Assembly: GCA_030390025.1 (NCBI GenBank)
Contig: CM059432.1
Location: 79,238,001 to 79,302,000 of the forward strand
Direction: 5' to 3'
Length of the DNA stretch: 64,000 bases
Origin: Squalus acanthias
Lineage: Eukaryota
In this document: piece after piece, positions 12,581 through 25,570 of the stretch
Position numbering within the stretch: position 1 is the first letter of the stretch
Layout of the letters: the number at the start of each line of letters is the position of its first letter
The notes under the pieces: generated by a model
Seen by the model: only the letters and a program-made list of their open reading frames with translations
Told to the model about the DNA's origin: nothing
The model's database searches: none
Position numbers and translations under genes: made by a program

Positions 12581-14409
12581 GTGTCTCTCTTTTTCGAACC
12601 ATGTACTTTTGAATACGATTCTTCAGTTGTGGCTCCTCCACATCATCCTCGGGTACTAATTATTATCTCTACCAATCTCTCATTCTGAAAAACAAGATGG
12701 CTCTCTATCTAGAGTGGACCCATCCTACAGTGTAACTATCTGTTATAGGTCTATATTCAGGATTGTTTCTGAATTACCAGTGTTTTTGTAATTTTTGCTT
12801 GGCTTTTGTTGATTTTTTAGGTTGGCATGTATGCTGCTGGTCCTGGCTGCTGCTCATACCAGGCATTGTTCTGGGATTTCACTCGACGCTGCAAGAGGGA
12901 ATTTCTGATCTTGTGATCAGTCAGGAATTCCCACCTGCAACAGAGTCCAATCTCAATCCTGAAATGAAGCAAAGCACTTGAGTAGGAGCTGCTACCAGAG
13001 CTAGCTGTTAAGTTGCACTTCAGTGAGGTATAAAGTTTCTGTAATTTGAGAGGTGGGGGTATTTGAATAGAGAGACTGCCTCTGCGAACTAGGGTAGGAG
13101 GTTAGAGGGAGACAGTGCCTCTGTGAAGCTAGCAGACTGACTCGCGCTTTCTCGTCTTTGGGAAAGCACTGATCTGGTCTGTTGAATATGGATAAATCCA
13201 GATGTCACTTTTCTTATAATGTTTTAAATCAAAAATCTATCAATTGTGAAGCAAATGTTTTTAAATGAGCCAGAATGTATCATTTGAATGGGAAAATTAA
13301 ACATCTTTTACGGAGCATGGCTACATTGCCCCTCCCTCAAAATGTATGCACTAGTGGCAGTGTGGCAAAGGAGGGAGGTTGGCATTTGGAAGAAGATTGT
13401 AAAATTTAAAATTTGATGCCTACATCCCTGAAAGTGAGGGAGAAAAAAGATGGACAAAAATGAGGGAGAGAACAAAAAAAATGTCAAGGGAGCGAGCAAG
13501 ACATTTTGTTGCAGAATTACCAGTCATTAACTGGAGCAGTGTGAGTGTGAGGTTTTGTGGAGCCAAACAGTTGGAAAAAAAAAGTTTGAGAACTACTGAA
13601 TTGGATAATTTTGTTCAAATTTATTGGCCAGAATGACAACTGTCTGAGCGAGACTGAGCAAAGATTTGTGGGCGGGTCTCCAGTGTCCTATCATTTTGGG
13701 GCTGGTTGCATTAAATAATGATGGCCATACAAAATTTGTAGTCTGAACCATCCCAGCCTGTCAGTTGAAGCAAGATGGATAGCAGAAGTGAAGATCTAAT
13801 GTGGCAATGGAATGCAATTTTTAAAGAACAGCTTGGGGACCTGAAATTTTCCTTTAATGTAAAAACGGATGAATGTCTGTTTTTCACTGTAGTTAAGAAC
13901 CTGCTAACTAAATTGCAGGAATGCGTGCCTTTAAAACATGCAAATTCATATAAATTCAGTTAGTTCAGGAGAAAAGTGAGCATTGTCCTGTTTTTTGTTA
14001 ATCAGAACTTTGACCCATGAATACAATGCTGTGGTCTGAAGTTCCCTCTATAAATAGCCACAATGACTGCAATCTGATTAAACCGTCACTATATAACCTA
14101 ATATTTGAAGGGATAGAGATTTACTAAGGATTTAATCATAGAATCAGGATGCTTCAGTCAGATTTTATATCTTGTTTACTCCTTACATGCTTGCACCTTA
14201 CTCTTTCCAATTAGTATCGTGTGTATCTTTATCATGCACCAGAAAGAAGGAGCAGGATCTGGGCATGAGCTCAACCCATTCCAAAAAAAAAATTAAAGCT
14301 TGAACCAGAGAAAAAGCGCTAACGACTAATGCAAACAAACCCGACATAACAATGCATTTTAATGAGAAGCTACTGCATTCTAGTAAATGTTTATTTCTCT
14401 TTATTTCAG

Positions 14410-14505
14410 TACCTTGCACCAGAAGTGCTCAAAAAGCAACCTTATGATAACACAGTTGACTGGTGGTGTCTTGGCTCTGTTCTGTTTGAAATGCTATATG
14501 GCCTG
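14410..14505 (+). CDS. sgk3: Serum/glucocorticoid-regulated kinase 3, internal coding exon (kinase subdomains VIII-IX)
   Basis: tttcag|...|gtatgt boundaries; 96 nt translating [40 protein letters not shown] is the SGK3-type motif (SGK1 has YDRTV). Confidence 0.95.
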
Positions 14506-14649
14506 GTATGTAATCTAGTTTGTAATTGCATATTTAATTGAGCATTTTTTGTATTTTTTTAATAACCTATTCTTCATTTGAATCTGTTTGAATGATACAA
14601 CAACATTTTTGCTTCACTTGAAGTCCATTGTTCTCAGACTACACAGCAT

Positions 14650-14852
14650 CTTGGGTACAATAGTGTAGTGCTACTGGACTAGCAAACCAGAGGTTGATGG
14701 TTCAAATCCCATCAGGGCACGTTGTGAAATTAGCTAGCACTAGAAAAAATGACAATAAAGCTGCTAGATTGTCATTAAAAATCCCACTTGTTCATTACTT
14801 AATGGAAGGCAACCTGCCCACCCCTACCTGGTCTGGCTACACGTGACTAGTT
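14650..14852 (+). mobile_element. tRNA-derived SINE, 5' portion
   Basis: A-box-like TAGTGTAGTG and B-box GGTTCAAATCCC; probably continues at 20943-21090. Confidence 0.55.
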
Positions 14853-15084
14853 CACTTTTTTTGACGACACTACTTATAGTGCTTTGTGTTACAGGTAGAT
14901 TTTTAATTTCAGTACCCATAACTTAATCTAGATCAAGTAAGTAGTCAAGAAACTGCACTGTAAACTAAGTTACCTAATTACAAATTTAATTACATTTAAT
15001 TAAATAAAACAAGGTCATATAGGGATGGCAGTGCAGGTGGTGTGCCGCAACTGCAGCATGTGGGAGTTTGTGGAGAGCATTGTG

Positions 15085-16275
15085 AACATAAGAAATAGGA
15101 GCAGGAATAGGCCACTTGGCCCCTCAAGCCTGCTCCGCCATTCAATAAGATCATGGCTGATCTTGAGCTCAAAGCCACTTCCCAGCCCGCTCCCCATAAC
15201 CCTTCATTCCCTTATCTTGCAAAAATTTGTCTCTCTCCACTTTAAATGTATTTAATGACTCAGCCTCCACAGCTCTGGGGCAGAGAATTCCACAAATTTA
15301 CGACCCTCTGAGAGAAGTTCCTCCTCATCTCAGTTCTAAAAGGGCGACCCTTTATTCTGAGACTGTGCCCCCGAGTTCTAGATTTCCCCATGAGGGGAAA
15401 CATCCTCTCTGCATCTACCCTGTTGAGCCCCCTCAGTATCTTATATGTTTCGATAAGATCACCTCTCATTCTTCTAAATTCCAATGAGTATAGGCCCAGC
15501 CTGCTCAACCTTTCCTCATAAGTCAAACCCCTCATCTCTGGAATTAACCTCGTGAATCGTCTCTGAACTGCCTCCAATGCAAGTATATCCTTCCTTAAAT
15601 AAGGAGACCAAAACTGAATGCAGTACTCAAGGTGTGGTCTCACCAATACCTTGTACAGTTGTAGCAGGACTTCCCTGCTTTTATATTCCAACCCGCTTGA
15701 AATAAAGGCCAACATTCCATTTGCCTTTTTGATTACTTGCTGTACCTGCATGCTAACTTTTTGTGTTTCATGCACAAGGACCCCCAGGTCCCTCTGAACT
15801 GTAGCATTTTGTAATCTCTCTCCATTTAAATAATAGTTTGCTTTTTTATTTTTCCTGCCAGAGTGGATAACCTCGCACTTTCCCACATTATACTCCATCT
15901 GCCAAATATTTGCCCACTCACCTAGCCTGTCTATATCCCTTTGCAGATTCTTTGAGTCCTCTGCACAAATTGCTTTCCCACCCATCTTTGTATCATCTGC
16001 AAACTTGGCTATATTACACTCGATCCCTTCATCCAAGTCATTAATGTAGATTGTAAATAATTGGGGCCCCAGCACCGATCCTTGTGGCACCCCACTAGTT
16101 ACCATTTGCCAACCAGAAAATTACCCATTTATCCCGACTCTCTGCTTTCTGTTAGTTAGCCAATTCTCTATCCGTGCTAATATATTACCCCCAACTCCTT
16201 GAGCTCTTATCTTATGCAGTAACCTTTTATGTGGCACCTTATCGAATGCCTTCTGGAAATCCAAATACAACCACG
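15085..16275 (-). mobile_element. 5'-truncated CR1 nested in ORF1 of another CR1
   Basis: Open 281-aa RT stretch [10 protein letters not shown]...KFADDTK...RPHLEYC; interrupts the host ORF1 zinc finger. Confidence 0.92.
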
Positions 16276-18512
16276 TTTTCAGTAAATGCCTGCATCTTGA
16301 GCAACTTCAGGTCAGAGTTTTTGAGCTGGAGTCTGAGGTGCAGGCATTGCGGGACATCAGGGTTGGGGAGAGTTACCTGCACACTTTGATCCAGGAAGCA
16401 GTCACACCCCTTAGGTTAGGTAGTGATACAGGTCTGGTTAGTGGTCAGGGACAGGAGGGTGTGACTGCAACTCAGGCAGCTAAGAGGACCCCAGGTACAG
16501 TGCTGGAGGAGCCTCAGCCTTTGCCCTTGTCCAACAGGTATGAGGTTCTTGCTGCCTGTGTGGATGAGGGAAAAGCCTGCAGGATGGATGAGCAAGATCA
16601 CCATGGCGCAGGAGGCCATTCAAGTGGGGGGAGTGAAAGGGAATGTAGTTGTGGTAGGGGACAGTATAGACGGGGATAGATACTGTTCTCTGCAGCCGTG
16701 ACCAAGAGTTCTGAAGGTTGTGTTGCCTGCCCGGTGCCAGAGTTAAAGACATCTCCTCGCGGCTGGAGGAGAACTTGGAGTGGGAGGGGGAGGATCCAGT
16801 TGTCGTGGTCCACATAGGAACCAACGACATAGGTAGAACTAGGAATAAGGTTCTGCTGAGGGAGTTTGAGGAGCTAGGATCCAAATTAAAAAGCAGAACC
16901 TCAAAGGTAATAATCTCTGAATTGTTACCTGAGCCACGCGCAAATTGGCATTGGGACAAACAGATTAGAGGTTTAAATGCGTGGCTCAAAGAGTGGTATG
17001 GGAGGAAGGGGTTTCAGATTATGGGGCACTGGCACCAGTACAGGGGAAAGAGGGAGCTGTTCCGTTGGGACGGGCTCCACTTAAACCGGGCTGGGACCAG
17101 TGTCCTGGCGAACCGAATAACTGGGGCAGCAAGACATGGCTTTAAACTAATGAAGGGACTGTGGGAGGATTCAGGAAAGAGTAAATTTAAAAGCAGCGAG
17201 AGAAATGTCAAGGCTCTGGAGCAGAGTAGAGTTTTGGGTAAAAATAAGCAGAGTGGGTCAGAAAGGGACAGAGAGAGTAACAAAGGTAATAAGGCATCAG
17301 TGACTAAGGTGACATCAGGGAAAAATAGAAATAAGTCAACGCTAAAGGCACTATATCTGAATGCGCAAAGCATTCACAACAAAATAGATGAATTAATAGT
17401 GCAGATAGAAATTAATAGGTTTGATCTAATAGCCATTACGGAGACGTGGTTGCAATGTGGCCAAGGTTGGGAACTAAATATTCCAGGATACTTTAACTTT
17501 TAGAAGAGATAGGCAAAATAGAAAAGGAGGAGGGGTAGCCCTGATAATAAAGGATGGGATAAAGACAACAGAGAGAAAGGATCTTAGCTCTGAAAATCAA
17601 GTAGAATCAGTTTGGGTGGAGCTAAGAAACAGCAAGGGGCAGAAAACATTGGTGGGAGTTGTTTATAGGCCCCCAAACAATAGTTGTAATGCAGGGCAGA
17701 GTATAAATCAGGAAATTAAAGGCGCATGTAACATGGGTAATACAGTAATCATGGGGGACTTCAATCTACATATAGACTGGGCAAACCAAATTTGCAGTAA
17801 TAGTGTGGAGGATGAATTCATGGAATGTATGCAAGATAGTTTTCTAGATCAGTATGTTGAGGAACCAACTAGGGAACAGGCTATTTTAGATCTAGTATTG
17901 TGCAACGAGAAAGGGTTAATTAATAACCTTGTAGTAAAGGGGCCTTTAGGGAACAGTATCCATAATATGATAGAATGTTATATTGAGTTTAAAAGTGATT
18001 TAGTTAAATCCAAAACTAGGGTCTTAAATCTAAACAAAGCAAACTACGTAGGTATGAGGGGTGAGTTGGCTAAGGTAGATTGGGAAACTACATTAAAAGG
18101 TATGATGGTAGAGAAGCAATGGCTAGCATTTAAAGAATTAATACATCATTTACAACAAATATACATTCCTTTTAAGGCACAAAAACCCCACAGGAAAAAT
18201 AGTTCAAACGTGGCTAATGAGAAGTTAAAGATAGTATTAGATCAAAGGAAGAGGCTTATAATGTTGCCAAAAAGAGTAGTAACCCTGAGGATTGGGAGGA
18301 TTTTAGAATTCAGCAAAGGAGGACCAAAAAATTGATAAAGGGAAAATAGAATATGAGAGTAAACTAGTGAGAGACATAAAAACAGATTGTAAAAGCTTCT
18401 GTATGTAAAAAAGAAAAGATTATTGACAGTAAATGTGGGTCCCTTACAGGCTGAGACAGGAGAAATTATAATGGGGAATAAGAAAATGGCAGAGAAATTA
18501 AATAAATACTTT

Positions 18513-19378
18513 GGCTGCGATTTTTCGGTTCGAGGCGGCTTAGGTGCGGGACAGCTGCCTTCTGGGTTCCAGTCCCGCCCCCAACGACATCAGACGCACA
18601 AACGTGATTTTGCGTCAATTAGCCTTAGTAAGCCCGCCCTGCGGGCTTGCCGGCCAATTAAGAGGAAGCCAGTGTCAGATGACGTCGGTTGATGACGCGT
18701 CATCTGCCGCTTTTCTTAAAGGGGCCACGCACTTTTTTTTTGACAGCTGGTTTCTCAGCGTTTGACAGCATTGAGGTGCTGCAAACACTGAGAATCACTG
18801 TACAAAGGTGAGCTCTTGCACCCAGGCTCTCCAGTGACTCCCTCCTTAGGCTAGAACAGATGGCAGCTGCAGGTGAGGTTACAGAAGCGATCTGTCACTG
18901 GTGAGAGAGGTTCTCCCAATGTGGTGGGACTACACATACAAATCAAAACTTGTTACCTACAGAAAAGTGTAAATGCATTAAAAATGATTTTCCCAACATT
19001 ATCTTACCTCTGAAACTCACCAGTGCACCATTGGATCCGTCACACCACTTCTGCAGCTGTCATCAATGCAGAAATATTACACCAGACTCGCAACATGCCA
19101 CACTTACCTAGCGTGGTGTCTGGACGCCGGGAAGCCCGCAGTAGAACTGTCAAAATTGCAAAAAGCCTCTTCACTGCCTGTTAACAAGCAGTTAAGTGGC
19201 TATAATCCTCTTCCCACCGCTAGGTGTCGGGTCCATGCGCAAATCGGGGACCCGACACTTGGGAAGATTGATTGAAGGCGGGTTGACAGCGGGTTTCCGA
19301 CCCGCTGTCAATCTTTACGATTTTTGCCGGATGTCCCGCCTCCAAACCCGCCCCCTGAGCGCCGGCAAAATTCCGGCC
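18513..19378. mobile_element. Harbinger-type non-autonomous element nested in CR1 ORF2
   Basis: Imperfect TIRs GGCTGCGATTTT / AAAATTCCGGCC; colinear with 49535-50356; interrupts CR1 NKYF/SVFTEED. Confidence 0.8.
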
Positions 19379-20942
19379 ACAGTGTCTGTCTTCACGGAAG
19401 AAGACGCAAAAAACTTCCCGGAAATAGTGGAGAACCAAGAGCCTAGCAAGAATGAGGAACTGAAAGAAATTAGTATTAGTAAAAAAAATAGTGCTGGAGA
19501 AATTAATGGGACTGAAAGCCGACAGCTCCCCTGGACCTGATGGCCTACATCCTAGGGTTGTGAAAGAGGTGGCAATAGAGATAGTGGATGCATTGGTTGT
19601 CATTTTCCAAAATTCCATAGATTCTAGAACGTGGTAACAAGGCACTTAGAAAATAATAATAGGATTGGGCAGAGTCAACATGGATTTATGAACGGGAAAT
19701 TGTGTTTGACAGATCTGTTATTGAGGTTGTAACTAGCAGAATAGTTAAGGAGGGAACCAGTGGATGTGGTGTATTTGGATTTTCAGAAGGCATTTGATAA
19801 GGTGCCACACAAGAGGTTATTAAACAAAATTCAGGCTCATGGGATTGGGGGTAATATAATAGCATGGATTGAGGATTGGTTAATGGACAGAACACAGAGT
19901 AGGAATAAACGGGTCATTTTCTGGTTGGCAGGCTGTAACTAGTGGGGTACCACAAGGATCAGTGCTTGGGCCTCGGCTATTCACAATCTATATCAATGAT
20001 TTGGATGAGGGGACCAAATGTAATATATCCAAGTTTGCTGATGATACAAAGCTGGGTGGGAATGTAAGTTGTGAGGAGGATGCAAAGAGGCTTCAAGGGG
20101 ATAGAGACAAGCTAAGTGAGTGGGCAAGAACATGACAAATGGAATATAATGTGGAGAAATGTGAAGTTATCCACTTTGGTAGGAAAAATAGAAAAGCAGA
20201 GTATGTTTTAATTGGTGAGAGATTGGGAAATGTTGGTGTTCAGAGGGACCTGGGTGTCCTTTTACATGAATCACTGAAAGTTAACATGCAGGTACAGCAA
20301 GCAATTAGGACAGCAAATAGTATGTTGGCCTTTATTACAAGAGGATTTGAGTATAAGAGTAAAGACGTCTTACTGCAATTATATAGGGCCCTGGTGAGAC
20401 CACACCTGGAGTATTGTGTATAGTTTTGGTCTCCTTACCTAAGGAAGGATATACTTGCCATAGAGGGAGTGCAACGAAGGTTCACCAGACTGATTCCTGG
20501 GATGGGGGGATTGTCCTGTGAGGACAGATTGAGTAGACTAGGCCAGCATTCTCTAGAGTTTAGAAGAATGAGAGATGATCTCATTCAAACATACAAAATT
20601 CTTACAGGGCTTGACAGGGTAGATGCAGGGAGGATGTTTCCCCTGGCTGGGGAGTCTAGAACCAGGGGTCACAGTCTCAGAATAAGGGGTTGGCCATTTA
20701 GGACTGAGATGAGGAGAAATTTCTTCACTCAGAGGGTGGTGAATGTTTGGAATTCTCTACCCCAGAGGGCTGTGGAGGCTCAGTCGTTGAGTATATTCAA
20801 GACAGAGATTGATGGATTTTTGGATATTAAGGTAATCAAGGGATATGGGGAAAGTGGAGATGAGGTAGAAGATCAGAATGACTGAGCAGGCTCGAGGGGC
20901 CAAAATGCTTACTCCTGCTCCTATTTCTTATGTTATTACTGT

Positions 20943-21090
20943 ACATGGTTGACTCTTAATGCCCTCTGAATTGGCCAAGCAAGTTGTACAATCACTCAAA
21001 AAGGCTCACCACCATTTTCTCAAGGCAACTAGAGATGCCGAATAAATGTGATCTTGCCAGCATCGCCCACATTCTGAGTACAAATAAAGA
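20943..21090 (+). mobile_element. SINE 3' portion with a LINE-derived tail
   Basis: GGCTCACCACCA...AATAAATG...TTGCCAGCATCGCCCACAT matches the reverse complement of the LINE 3' end at 6200-6286. Confidence 0.6.
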
Positions 21091-21263
21091 ATGTTTTAAT
21101 TGTGTCTTTATTCTTATTCTATGGTCTGTAATCTGGAATTGCCCGACTATTATTTCACACAAAAACAAATGTTGGGTTAACATCTTTGTTCCTGAGAGAC
21201 AAACTGCTAACTATTAAGAAATAAATGTTTGCAATTCTCACTGTCAGTCAATGGGCTTAGCTT

Positions 21264-23025
21264 AGAATCATAGAATGGTTACAGTACAGAAGGAGGCCAT
21301 TCAGCCCATCGAGCCTGTGCCAGCTCTCTGCAAGAGCACTTCAGCTAGTCCCACTCCCCCGCCCTTTCCCCGTGACCTTTCAGGTACTAGTCAATTCCCT
21401 TTTGAAAGCCACGATTGAGTCTGCCACCACCATCCTTTCAAGCAGTGCATTCCAGATCCTAACCACTCGCTGCCTAAAAAAGTTTTACCTCATGTCACCT
21501 TTGGTTCTTTTGCCAATCACCTTAAATCTGTGTCCTCTCGTTCTCGACCCTTCCGCCAATGGGAACAGTTGCTCTCTATCTACTCTGTCCAGACCCCTCA
21601 TGACTTTGAACACCTCTATCTAATCTCCTCTCAACTTTCTCTGCTCTAAGGAAAACAACCCCAGCTTCTCCAGTCTATCCACGTAACTGAAGTCATCATC
21701 CCTGGAATAATTCTCGTAAATCTTTTCTGCACCCTCTCTAAGGCCTTCACATCCTTCCTAAAGTGCAGTGCCCAGAATTGGACACAATACTCCAGTTGAG
21801 GCTGAACCAGTGTTTTATAAAGGTTCATCATAACTTTGTTGTGCACATATACCCCCAGGTCTCTCTGTTCATGCCCCCCCTTTAGGATTGTACCCTTTAG
21901 TTTATATTGCCTCTCCTCGTTCTTCCTACCAAAATATATCACTTCGCACTTTTCTGCGTTAAATTTCATCTGCCACGTGTCCGCCCATTTCACCAGCCTG
22001 TCTATGTCCTCTTGAAGTCTATCACTATCCTCCTCACTGTTCACTATACTTCCAAGTTTTGTGTCACCTGCAAATTTTGAAATTATGCCCTGTACACCCA
22101 AGTCCAAGCCATTAATATATATCAAGAAAAGCAGTGGTCCTAGTATCGACCCCTGGGGAACACCATTGTATACTTTCCTCCAGTCCGAAAAACAACCGTT
22201 CACCACTACTCTGTTTCCTGTCACTTAGCCAATTTCATATCCATATTGCCACTGTCCCTTTTCTTCCATGGGCTTCAGCTTTGCTGGCAAAATGCCACCT
22301 AATAGGCTTATCAAACGCCTTTTGGAAGTCCATGTACACCATGTCAACTGCTTTGCCCTCATCAACCCTCTCATTTATCTCATCAAAAAGTTCGAACAAG
22401 TTAGTTGAACACGATTTATCTTTAACAAATCCGTGCTGACTTTCCTTAATTAATCCACACTTGTCCAAGTGACTGTTAATTTTGTCCCTGATTATCGTTT
22501 CTAAAAGCTTCCCCACAACCGAGGTTAAACTGACTGGCCTGTAGTTGCTGGGTTTATCCTTACACCATTTTTTGAACAAGGGTGTAATGTTTGCAATTCT
22601 CCAGTCCTCTGGCACCATCCCCGGATCTAAGGAGGATTGGAAGATTATGGCCAGTATATCCGCGATTTCCTCCTTAACTTCCCTCAGCATCCTAGGATGC
22701 ATCACATCTGGCCCTGGTGACTTATCAGCTTTAAGATCAGACAGCCTTTCTAGTACCTCCTCTCTCAATTTTTATCTCATCCAGTATCTCCACTACTTCC
22801 TCTTTCAGTATGACTTTGGCAGCATCTTCTTCCTTGCTGAAGACAGATGCAAAGTACTTATTTAGTACCTCAGCCATGCCCTCTGCCTCCATGCATAAGT
22901 CTCCTTTTTGGTCCCTCATCAGCTCCACCCCTCCTCTTGCTACCTTTTTACTATTTATATGCCTATAGAAGACTTTTGAATTCCCTTTTATGTTAGCTGC
23001 CAATCTATATTCATACTCTTTGCCC
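21264..23025 (-). mobile_element. 5'-truncated CR1 LINE
   Basis: DKSPGPD, NYRPVSLTS, MDFQKAFD, GVPQGS motifs; 3' tail AACCATTCTATGATTCT. Confidence 0.9.
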
Positions 23026-23932
23026 TTGATCTTGTGGTTTGCTTCCATTTTTTGGTACCTTTTTACCCCTTCATCTTTACCACTGATTGCAATGAATAAA
23101 CAGGTTTTTTTTATGTTCATGCTTTATTTATTTATTCCACGTCAGCATGTAATTCATTTACTTTTTTCCACAACGTCTGGCCATCTGCTGCAGGCTCTGC
23201 TCAGAAACCACTCAATCATTTGGAAGGCATCTTAGTACCTGTGATGCTTTTAATAAGATGAAGTCTTTCTTTTCAGATATACCTGGTTGTTAAAGTAGTG
23301 CCGGTTAATCTGGTAGAGGGCACTTTGATAAGTGAAAGACAGTTTTTCTTGGGTATAAAAAAAAAAGCACTTCAAAGAGCTTCTCCTTAGATGAACGTAT
23401 GCTATTCACTAGAGATATGAACACTTTGTTCAAACACATAAGTGTGCTTTTCTGATCAGCATTCGACCATTGTGTTGAGGCTTCAAATAAAAAAAAAAAT
23501 TCAGACTAGTACCAGTCTTCCATCACCTCCATGTAACAGCAGCAGAACATGCCTCTTGCAGTATTAGTCACTAAATCCTTATCATGTTCCTCTCCCAGTA
23601 TTGAGAAGTTTGCACAAAATGGCACATTCATGCTCATTGCTTCTCACATGTCATGCTCCAATCTAGACATGGTGTTGGAAGTAATGGTGGTACTTGTATT
23701 TTTCCACAGCAAAGTAAATTGTAAGTCACTCTTGGACATAGCCTCATGGCTGACTACAAGTGGCATAGTCCCTATAAGGAGACCATCTGCCTGCCCTAAT
23801 GTCTGGGATATAATGTATAGAGAATGCACAATTATTTGAGAGAAGGAAAAAATTATTTTTTGAATGGGTAACTGCAACTTGATCAAAAATAAAATAAGCA
23901 GTTCACCAAAACCAGTATGTTTGTCCCTGCAG

Positions 23933-24088
23933 CCTCCCTTCTACAGTCGTGATACTGCCGAGATGTACGAATACATCCTTCATAAGCCATTGCAGCTGAG
24001 GCCTGGAGCAAGTAATGAAGCCTGTTCTATCCTGGAAGGACTACTTGAAAAAGAGAGACAGAGAAGACTTGGAGCAAGAGAAGATTTT
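23933..24088 (+). CDS. sgk3: SGK3 internal coding exon
   Basis: ctgcag|...|gtaagt; 156 nt, [52 protein letters not shown], phase 0 with both neighbours. Confidence 0.95.
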
Positions 24089-25570
24089 GTAAGTTCTTGT
24101 AAAATCTCGAAATCCTGCATCATTTACTAGAACTTAGGGTGATAAACAAGGAGTTAAATACCCTTTTAGGAATGTATTTCTTACATAGTCTAACAATTAA
24201 TATTAAAGGACACAGAGAGCAAACCGGAAAATGCAATTAGACTCTGGGTCATGTGGAGAAAAGTACTGGTACAGCTTTGTTGGACCAAATGCCTGTTTTG
24301 GCACTGCAACATTCTATGATTATGTTCTTTCACTCCTTACCTCCTTACCTTCCTAAAATCTTCAGATTTTTAAAGCTCAATCTTTGCACCCAATCACCAC
24401 TCTCTGATTTAATTTGTCTTCTCATTTACCTATGGTGCTGTGCTATGGACTTTGACCCTTCACCTTGATTTCTCAATTTAAAAAAAATAGATTTCCTTTC
24501 CTGGCCTTTGCAGATTTCCAACCAAACTAATTCTGATCATTCTTTATGAAAAATGTAGAGGGTGAGGGGACATTATTCTTTGAAGGAGTACGCTTTAGGA
24601 TAAGCCCTTATGATGGCCATAAAATGTTGTTGGTTCAAGCCCCGCTCCAGAGACTTGAGCACATAATTTAGGCCTACACCATTGCAGTCCTGAGGGAATG
24701 CTATACAATCAGAGGTGCCATCTTTCAGATGACCCTGTTTTTAAAAAATTTAATTAGACTGGTTGCCAGCTGATATTCTGCACTGCAGGCTGAAATTAAG
24801 AAAAGGAAATAACTACCCTTTGTAACCTACCTTGGAAAGCGCAAGTTAACATGAATAAAAACATAATTAGCTTTGCAGCTTGTTGACGCTTGTACTTAGT
24901 ATTTTTCTGTTCATCCAGCAATAATTAACATACAGAAACTGGATCTGTCATACGCAAAAAAAAAACTGCAGACTGTCTCCTGCGCAATATTATTTTTGCG
25001 TTCCATAATTGACATTTTCAAACTAAAGATTGCACGCCGAGACTCTGATTGGGATTACACTAAGTAATCCAGAACTACTATTGTTGAAATTCAATTTTCT
25101 CTTACCTATTTTGAATATTTGATTTGGTTCTTTTAATGAGGCTTCTTCTGAACATGAGCTACTTGGTTTTATGTACAGATGGTGAAAATGGCAAAATATA
25201 CGCTCAAACTGTCTGTTTATCACAAACTTATCCTGAAATAATAATTATGGTCAGCATTATTAATTTTAAAATCTTAATAATGCTGTTATAATGTGTATTT
25301 ACTGAAACTAAAACATTCCTCCCCCCACCCCATTTCTTCAACTGGAAATATATTGGTTTCTTGTTTCCTTGTTCAGGGAAAATGTTTCTTCTGAGAACGC
25401 AGGTCACACTGGGATAGAGGTGTATATTGTGAGGGAAATTAAAAACAACTTGTATTTATATAGAACATTTAATGTAGAAATTATCCCAAGATGCTTTATA
25501 GAGGGGGATTAAAAATAAATAGGAATAGATTAGGAAACTGACATCAAACTATAAAAGAAGTGATTAGGAG

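Larger units (their letters stand above)
14855..20937 (+). mobile_element. Near full-length CR1 LINE (ORF1 zinc finger and SGNH esterase; ORF2 APE-RT), decayed, with two nested inserts
   Basis: ORF1 MAVQVVCRNCSMWEF, LPGARVKD, HIGTND, DGLHLN; ORF2 YLNAQSI, ITETWL, MGDFN, YLDFQKAFDKVPH, KFADD; 3' end CTCCTGCTCCTATTTCTTATGTT. The 5' boundary is approximate. Confidence 0.9.

Noticed and set aside
16718..17503. Stand-alone SGNH esterase gene
   Set aside because: It is the known esterase domain of CR1 ORF1 and runs directly into the ORF2 endonuclease.
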